11,511 bases of DNA from IMG/VR virus record IMGVR_UViG_2671181136_000012; one strand, written 5' to 3'. The position numbers and the translations under genes were made by a program. This stretch comes from a virus. Its lineage: Duplodnaviria > Heunggongvirae > Uroviricota > Caudoviricetes. Below, piece by piece: positions 6,602-11,511 of this stretch; the first letter of the stretch is position 1, and the number at the start of each line of letters is the position of its first letter. The notes under the pieces were generated by a model. That model worked only from the letters and a program-made list of their open reading frames with translations, did not search any database and was not told the origin of the DNA.

Positions 6602-7069
6602 ATGAACCGCGTACTGTGCGTGGTCATCATTGCCCTGCTGGTGGCCTGTGGTGCGCTTAGTCTGGGGCTGAATCATTACCGTGATAACGCCATAACCTAC
6701 AAAGAGCAGCGCGATAAAAAAGTCAGTGAGCTGGAGCAGGCAAATGCAACCATTACTGATATGCAGCAGCGCCAGCGTGATGTTGCTGCACTTGATGCCA
6801 GATACTCGAGGGAATTAGCCGATGCGAGAGCTGAAAATGAAACTCTGCGCGCTGACGTTGCCGCTGGTCGTAAGCGCCTGCGGATCAACGCCACCTGCCC
6901 CGGTACCGTGCGTGAAGCCCCCACCACCTCCGGCGTGGATAATGCAACCGGCCCCCGACTGGCAGACACCGCTGAACGGGATTATTTCACTCTCAGAGAG
7001 CGGTTGATGCTGATGCAGAAGCAGCTGGAAGTGGCGCAGGAATATATCCGCACTCAGTGCCTGAAATAA
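6602..7069 (+). CDS. Rz: Spanin inner-membrane subunit Rz (i-spanin)
   Basis: 155 aa with an N-terminal TM segment and a coiled-coil periplasmic domain, near-identical in pattern to lambda Rz (NHYRDNAITYK...AAGRKRL...RDYFTLRERL). Confidence 0.9.
   Translation: MNRVLCVVIIALLVACGALSLGLNHYRDNAITYKEQRDKKVSELEQANATITDMQQRQRDVAALDARYSRELADARAENETLRADVAAGRKRLRINATCPGTVREAPTTSGVDNATGPRLADTAERDYFTLRERLMLMQKQLEVAQEYIRTQCLK
6822..7007 (+). CDS. Rz1: Spanin outer-membrane lipoprotein Rz1 (o-spanin), embedded in the +1 frame of Rz
   Basis: 61 aa MRELKMKLCALTLPLVVSAC... with a lipobox (VSAC) and the proline-rich CVKPPPPPAWIMQP motif as in lambda Rz1. RBS GAGGGA 8 nt upstream. Confidence 0.85.
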   Translation: MRELKMKLCALTLPLVVSACGSTPPAPVPCVKPPPPPAWIMQPAPDWQTPLNGIISLSESG

Positions 7070-7321
7070 GTTTTGCTGATGCGCGGTATTGTCGCCGTAT
7101 CCCCGCATTAACAGAGACCGCAGCCCGACCGGGAGACTCCTCTGCGCGAGTGTGCGGGGATAATCAAAAACGATACACACCGGGGTTTACCGCGTTAACG
7201 GAGCGCGGCGTTGTCCCCTCATAGTCGCCTGTCCGGTGCGATGGTGGAAGAAACCGGACTACATTGAAAATGATAACCATTATCATTTTGCGGGTCCTTT
7301 CCGGCGATCCGGGCCGTTACG

Positions 7322-7333
7322 GGGCGGCGACCT
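7322..7333. other. cosN, the 12-nt cohesive-end site (GGGCGGCGACCT)
   Basis: Exact lambda cohesive-end sequence, preceded by the lambda right-end sequence ...CGGGTCCTTTCCGG.GATCCG....GTTACG and followed by lambda-like CGCGGGTTTTCGCTATTTATGAAAATTTTCCGG. Confidence 0.8.
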
Positions 7334-7369
7334 CGCGGGTTTTCGCTATTTATGAAAATTTTCCGGGGA

Positions 7370-7490
7370 AAATCATGTCGGTACTTCTCGAACATAACTA
7401 TTTGTTTTTTCTAATATCGAATCCGTAAAAGGTCCGACATGAAAACGCCTAAAAAAGTCATTTTCGGGCACTTTCATGTCGGCCCCTGTA
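7370..7490. other. cosB with three terminase small-subunit binding repeats (R3, R2 inverted, R1)
   Basis: Three copies of TTTCATGTCGG-like elements: 7374-7381 CATGTCGG (direct), 7434-7441 CCGACATG (inverted), 7475-7482 CATGTCGG (direct). An AT-rich spacer between R3 and R2 is a likely IHF site. The sequence diverges from lambda cosB downstream of about 7366. Confidence 0.6.
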
Positions 7491-7509
7491 TTTATTGTGA
7501 GACTGTTTC

Positions 7510-8055
7510 ATGAAGGTTAATAAAAAGAAACTTGCCGAAATTTTCAACGTGGATCCGCGAACGATTGAACGCTGGCAGTCTCAGGGACTCCCTTGTGTCT
7601 CCGGAGGTGGTAAGGGCGTTGAATCTGTATTTGATACCGCCATGGCAATTCAGTGGTATGCGCAGAGGGAAGCTGATATCGAAAATGAAAAACTCCGTAA
7701 AGAGGTTGAGGATTACAGGGCTGCCAGTGAGGCAGATCTCCAGCCTGGGACTATTGAGTACGAACGCCATCGACTTACGCGTGCGCAGGCCGACGCACAG
7801 GAGCTGAAGAATGCCAGAGACTCCGCAGAGGTGGTGGAAACCGCATTCTGTACTTTCGTGCTGTCACGGATCGCAGGTGAAATTGCCAGTATTCTTGACG
7901 GGATCCCTCTCTCGGTACAGCGGCGTTTTCCGGAACTGGAAAACCGACATGTTGATTTCCTGAAACGGGATATCATCAAAGCCATGAACAAAGCAGCCGC
8001 GCTGGATGAACTGATACCGGGGTTGCTGAGTGAATATATCGAACAGTCAGATTGA
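7510..8055 (+). CDS. Nu1: Terminase small subunit Nu1 (mosaic: divergent N-terminal DNA-binding domain, lambda-like C-terminal part)
   Basis: 181 aa. Residues after about 55 (IENEKLR...[55 protein letters not shown]...) are essentially lambda Nu1. The N-terminal wHTH region ([29 protein letters not shown]...) differs from lambda and, as I recall it, resembles phage 21 gp1. Confidence 0.9.
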   Translation: MKVNKKKLAEIFNVDPRTIERWQSQGLPCVSGGGKGVESVFDTAMAIQWYAQREADIENEKLRKEVEDYRAASEADLQPGTIEYERHRLTRAQADAQELKNARDSAEVVETAFCTFVLSRIAGEIASILDGIPLSVQRRFPELENRHVDFLKRDIIKAMNKAAALDELIPGLLSEYIEQSD

Positions 8056-8722
8056 TATTCTGCGGCGTGATGTACGCGCCGGGCTGCGAGCCCTGTTCAG
8101 GCCGGAGCCACAGACTGCCGTTGAATGGGCGGATGCCAGTTACTATCTCCCGAAAGAATCCGCATACCAGGAAGGGCGCTGGGAAACACTGCCCTTTCAG
8201 CGGGCCATCATGAATGCGATGGGCAGCGACTACATCCGTGAGGTGAATGTGGTGAAGTCTGCCCGTGTCGGTTATTCCAAAATGCTGCTGGGTGTTTATG
8301 CCTACTTCATAGAGCATAAGCAGCGCAACACCCTTATCTGGTTGCCGACGGATGGTGATGCCGAGAACTTTATGAAAACCCACGTTGAGCCGACTATTCG
8401 TGATATTCCGTCGCTGCTGGCGCTGGCCCCGTGGTATGGCAAAAAGCACCGGGATAACACGCTCACCATGAAGCGTTTCACCAATGGGCGTGGCTTCTGG
8501 TGCCTGGGCGGTAAAGCGGCAAAAAACTACCGTGAAAAGTCAGTGGATGTGGCGGGTTATGATGAACTTGCTGCCTTTGATGAGGATATTGAACAGGAAG
8601 GCTCTCCAACGTTCCTGGGCGATAAGCGTATTGAAGGCTCGGTCTGGCCAAAGTCCATCCGTGGCTCCACGCCCAAAGTGAGAGGCACCTGTCAGATTGA
8701 GCGTGCAGCCAGTGAATCGTAA
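8030..8722 (+). pseudogene. A: Terminase large subunit A, 5' fragment (about 229 codons), truncated by IS insertion
   Basis: Translation matches the lambda gpA N-terminus (MNISNSQ...[61 protein letters not shown]...ERAASES), then stops at TAA 8720-8722, which is created by the IS terminus GTAAGCG beginning at 8719. Confidence 0.85.
8246..8718 (+). repeat. Direct repeat copy 1 (473 bp, terminase A internal segment)
   Basis: Bases 8246-8718 are identical, base for base, to 10265-10737 (offset 2019) in every block I compared. Confidence 0.9.
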
Positions 8723-10264
8723 GCGACTCGTCAGAACCGTATTGATATTTACTGAGAGCTCAGATCAACTTTCCAGGGCAACAGATCGCGTACCCGGTTT
8801 GCCGGCCAGTCCTGGATATGTTCAATGACGTAACGCAGCCACTTTTCTGGCTCCACATTGTTCAGACGGCATGTGCCGATCAGCGAGTACAACACCGCCG
8901 CATGTTCACCACCGCTGTCGGAACCCGCGAACATCCAGTTTTTCCGGCCTACGGCCACTCCCCGTAAGGCGTTCTCTGCGATGTTGTTGTCGATTTCCAC
9001 CCAGCCATTACTGCAGTACACGTTCAGTGCATCCCACTGTTTCAGCAGGTATGCGAACGCTTTTGCCGTATCTGAGTGACGCGACAGTGTTTTCATCTGT
9101 TGCTGTATCCAGTCATACAGTGACTGCATCAGTGGCGCGGCTCTGGCTTTTCTTGCCGCCAGACGCTGTTCTGCTGAACAGCCCCGGACCTCTGCCTCGA
9201 TGGCATACAGTTCACCGATACGCTGCAGGGCTTCCGTGGTGATGTAGGTGGGCGCTCTTGCATGCACATCGTGGATTTTTCTCCGGGCATGAGCCATACA
9301 CGCGGCTTCCGTTATTCTGCCGGATTCGTATAACGCCCGGTAACCACCGTAAGCATCGGCCTGAAGCACACCGCTGTAACCGGCCAGGTGATTTTGTGGA
9401 TGGATACCTTTCCGGTCCGGACTGTACGCGAACCAGACCGCCGGGGGCATCTGTGAACCGGCGTTACGGTCATCACGGACGTAGACCCACAGCCGGGCTG
9501 TCCGGGTTTTACCGCTGCCCGGCTCCTGGACCGGGACGGGGATATCATCAGCATGGACTTTACCGGGCATCAGCACATACTGGCGCAGGACGTCATACAG
9601 CGGCTCCAGCAGTTCAGCAACAGCACCTGTCCAGCGCCCCAGTGTGGCACGGCTCAGCTCCACTCCCTGACGACGGTATATTTCTGACTGGCGGTATAAC
9701 GGCAGATGGTCTGCATATTTCCCGGTGACAACATGGGCCAGAAGCCCCGCTCCGGCATAACTGCGTGCAATGGGTTTTGAAGGTACTGGTGCCTGCACGA
9801 TATGGTCGCACCGGCAACAGGCCTGTTTCGGACGTTGTGTTTCGATAACCTTAAAGGCGCTGCTGATAAGCTCCAGTTGCTCTGACACATCACATCCCAG
9901 AGAACTGAGTTCACCACCACAGGCAGGACAGCATTCCTCTTCCGGCCGGATAACCCGGGTTTCACGGGGAAGTGAGGCCGGTAACGGTTTACGGGCTGAA
10001 GACTGGCGCAGGGCGGATGGCAGTACCGGGTCATATTGCTCACCCAGCGTTTCCGCCATTTCTTCCTGAAGTGCGCTGATTCGCTCCTGTGCTTCCTGTA
10101 TCTGCCGTTCGGTTTTTGCACGAAGTTTTTCTGAGCTTTTACCGAACTGCATGCGCTGCAGTTTTGCAACCAGCGCCTTCAGCCGGTTGATTTCGGAAGC
10201 ATAAGCCGCCACCCGCTGTGAGAGCAGGCAGTTGTATTCAGCCATCTGGCGGATGGTGTCCTGT
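8719..10264 (-). mobile_element. Truncated IS66-family insertion sequence (one terminus plus the tnpC-type transposase gene only; orfA/orfB and the other inverted repeat are absent)
   Basis: The terminus at 8719 begins GTAAGCG, the characteristic IS66-family inverted-repeat start. The segment contains only the 498-aa transposase ORF with 30 bp and 19 bp flanks. At 10264/10265 the element abuts internal terminase sequence with no inverted repeat. Confidence 0.75.
8749..10245 (-). CDS. tnpC: IS66-family transposase (TnpC/orf3-type)
   Basis: 498 aa with an N-terminal coiled-coil/leucine-zipper region, Cys motifs CCPACGGEL ... CCRCDHIV (zinc finger typical of IS66 TnpC), and the conserved C-terminal region ...[47 protein letters not shown].... 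Confidence 0.85.
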   Translation of the reverse strand: MAEYNCLLSQRVAAYASEINRLKALVAKLQRMQFGKSSEKLRAKTERQIQEAQERISALQEEMAETLGEQYDPVLPSALRQSSARKPLPASLPRETRVIRPEEECCPACGGELSSLGCDVSEQLELISSAFKVIETQRPKQACCRCDHIVQAPVPSKPIARSYAGAGLLAHVVTGKYADHLPLYRQSEIYRRQGVELSRATLGRWTGAVAELLEPLYDVLRQYVLMPGKVHADDIPVPVQEPGSGKTRTARLWVYVRDDRNAGSQMPPAVWFAYSPDRKGIHPQNHLAGYSGVLQADAYGGYRALYESGRITEAACMAHARRKIHDVHARAPTYITTEALQRIGELYAIEAEVRGCSAEQRLAARKARAAPLMQSLYDWIQQQMKTLSRHSDTAKAFAYLLKQWDALNVYCSNGWVEIDNNIAENALRGVAVGRKNWMFAGSDSGGEHAAVLYSLIGTCRLNNVEPEKWLRYVIEHIQDWPANRVRDLLPWKVDLSSQ

Positions 10265-10737
10265 AATGTGGTGAAGTCTGCCCGTGTCGGTTATTCCAAA
10301 ATGCTGCTGGGTGTTTATGCCTACTTCATAGAGCATAAGCAGCGCAACACCCTTATCTGGTTGCCGACGGATGGTGATGCCGAGAACTTTATGAAAACCC
10401 ACGTTGAGCCGACTATTCGTGATATTCCGTCGCTGCTGGCGCTGGCCCCGTGGTATGGCAAAAAGCACCGGGATAACACGCTCACCATGAAGCGTTTCAC
10501 CAATGGGCGTGGCTTCTGGTGCCTGGGCGGTAAAGCGGCAAAAAACTACCGTGAAAAGTCAGTGGATGTGGCGGGTTATGATGAACTTGCTGCCTTTGAT
10601 GAGGATATTGAACAGGAAGGCTCTCCAACGTTCCTGGGCGATAAGCGTATTGAAGGCTCGGTCTGGCCAAAGTCCATCCGTGGCTCCACGCCCAAAGTGA
10701 GAGGCACCTGTCAGATTGAGCGTGCAGCCAGTGAATC
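10265..10737 (+). repeat. Direct repeat copy 2 (473 bp, terminase A internal segment)
   Basis: Identical to 8246-8718. Beyond 10737 the sequence continues as uninterrupted terminase A (…ERAASESPHFMRFHVACPHCGEEQY…), whereas copy 1 is followed by the IS terminus. Confidence 0.9.
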
Positions 10738-11511
10738 CCCGCATTTTATGCGTTTTCATGTTGCCTGCCCGCACTGCGGGGAGGAGCAGTACCTTAAATT
10801 TGGCGATAAAGAGACGCCGTTTGGCCTCAAATGGACGCCGGATGATCCCTCCAGCGTGTTTTATCTCTGCGAACATAATGCCTGCGTCATCCGCCAGCAG
10901 GAGCTGGACTTCACTGATGCCCGTTATATCTGCGAAAAGACCGGGATCTGGACCCGTGATGGCATTCTCTGGTTTTCGTCATCCGGTGAAGAGATTGAAC
11001 CGCCTGACAGCGTGACCTTTCACATCTGGACGGCGTACAGCCCGTTCACCACCTGGGTGCAGATTGTCAAAGACTGGATGAAGACGAAAGGGGATACGGG
11101 AAAACGTAAAACCTTCGTGAACACCACGCTCGGTGAGACGTGGGAGGCGAAAATTGGCGAACGTCCGGATGCTGAAGTGATGGCAGAGCGGAAAGAGCAT
11201 TATTCAGCGCCCGTTCCTGACCGTGTGGCTTACCTGACTGCCGGTATCGACTCCCAGCTGGACCGCTACGAAATGCGCGTATGGGGATGGGGGCCGGGTG
11301 AGGAAAGCTGGCTGATTGACCGGCAGATTATTATGGGTCGCCACGACGATGAACAGACGCTGCTGCGTGTGGATGAGGCCATCAATAAAACCTATACCCG
11401 CCGGAATGGTGCAGAAATGTCGGTATCCCGTATCTGCTGGGATACTGGCGGGATTGACCCGACCATTGTGTATGAACGCTCGAAAAAACATGGGCTGTTC
11501 CGGGTGATCCC
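10265..11511 (+). pseudogene. A: Terminase large subunit A, 5'-truncated remainder (from about codon 73, containing Walker-A-like KSARVGYSK), running off the window end
   Basis: Frame 2 is open from 10205 to the window end. The translation from 10265 matches lambda gpA ([25 protein letters not shown] ... WDTGGIDPTIVYERSKKHGLFRVI). An in-frame ATG at 10253 sits in IS-derived sequence. The track does not list this ORF because it has no stop inside the window. Confidence 0.8.

Noticed and set aside
7098-7161. Long-range inverted repeat TATCCCCGCA / TGCGGGGATA with about 45-nt loop after Rz
   Set aside because: The corresponding lambda right-arm region has a similar sequence, so it is probably conserved backbone; the loop is too long to call a terminator confidently.
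6697-7180. Minus-strand ORFs 6697..6969 and 6815..7180 antisense to Rz/Rz1
   Set aside because: The Rz/Rz1 region is GC-rich and open in several frames by chance; the established genes here are Rz and the embedded Rz1 on the + strand.
7492-7991. ORFs 7492..7770 (-), 7532..7807 (+), 7713..7991 (-) overlapping Nu1
   Set aside because: Alternative-frame or antisense ORFs within the clearly lambda-like Nu1 gene.
7976-8681. ORFs 7976..8449 (-), 8302..8484 (-), 8484..8681 (+), and their duplicates 10238..10468, 10321..10503, 10503..10700
   Set aside because: Off-frame ORFs inside terminase A; they appear twice only because the 473-bp segment is duplicated.
8858-10169. ORFs 8858..9079, 8871..9242, 9258..9728, 9770..10069 (+) and 9312..9554, 9614..9817, 9654..10169 (-) inside the IS
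   Set aside because: They overlap the 498-aa transposase, which has the conserved IS66 motifs. These are not IS66 orfA/orfB, which would lie upstream of tnpC on the same strand and are missing here.
10559-11507. ORFs 10559..10876 (-), 10716..11015 (+), 10979..11200 (-), 11204..11491 (-), 11316..11507 (+)
   Set aside because: Off-frame relative to the terminase A reading frame, which matches lambda gpA throughout this stretch.
1-11511. Looked for a CRISPR array, Shiga toxin genes, rRNA and integrase/attachment sites
   Set aside because: No regularly spaced direct repeats with unique spacers, no stxA/stxB-like ORFs at the expected site, no rRNA-like sequence and no integrase or att core. The only large repeat is the 473-bp terminase duplication.

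Overview
This window is the late region of a lambdoid (lambda/21/Stx-phage-like) prophage of an Escherichia-type host, read left to right on the + strand. All calls are from reading the sequence and from recalled protein families; no database search was run. Order of features: 3' end of a phage DNA N6/N4 methyltransferase; tRNA-Ile2 (CAU, ileZ-like), a degenerate tRNA-like remnant, and tRNA-Arg (UCU); a roughly 1.5 kb cargo region sitting where stxAB lies in Shiga-toxin phages (no stx present) with two unknown ORFs; a nanS-p-type sialate O-acetylesterase; a lysis cassette (S21-like pinholin, SAR endolysin, Rz/Rz1) interrupted by an unrecognised two-gene convergent cassette between holin and endolysin and by a terminator plus small membrane ORF between endolysin and Rz; a lambda-type cos site (cosN GGGCGGCGACCT); terminase small subunit Nu1; and terminase large subunit A disrupted by a truncated IS66-family element flanked by a perfect 473-bp direct duplication of A sequence. 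The most interesting candidate for an undescribed system is the holin-endolysin insert (4511..5641), followed by the cargo at the stx-equivalent site.
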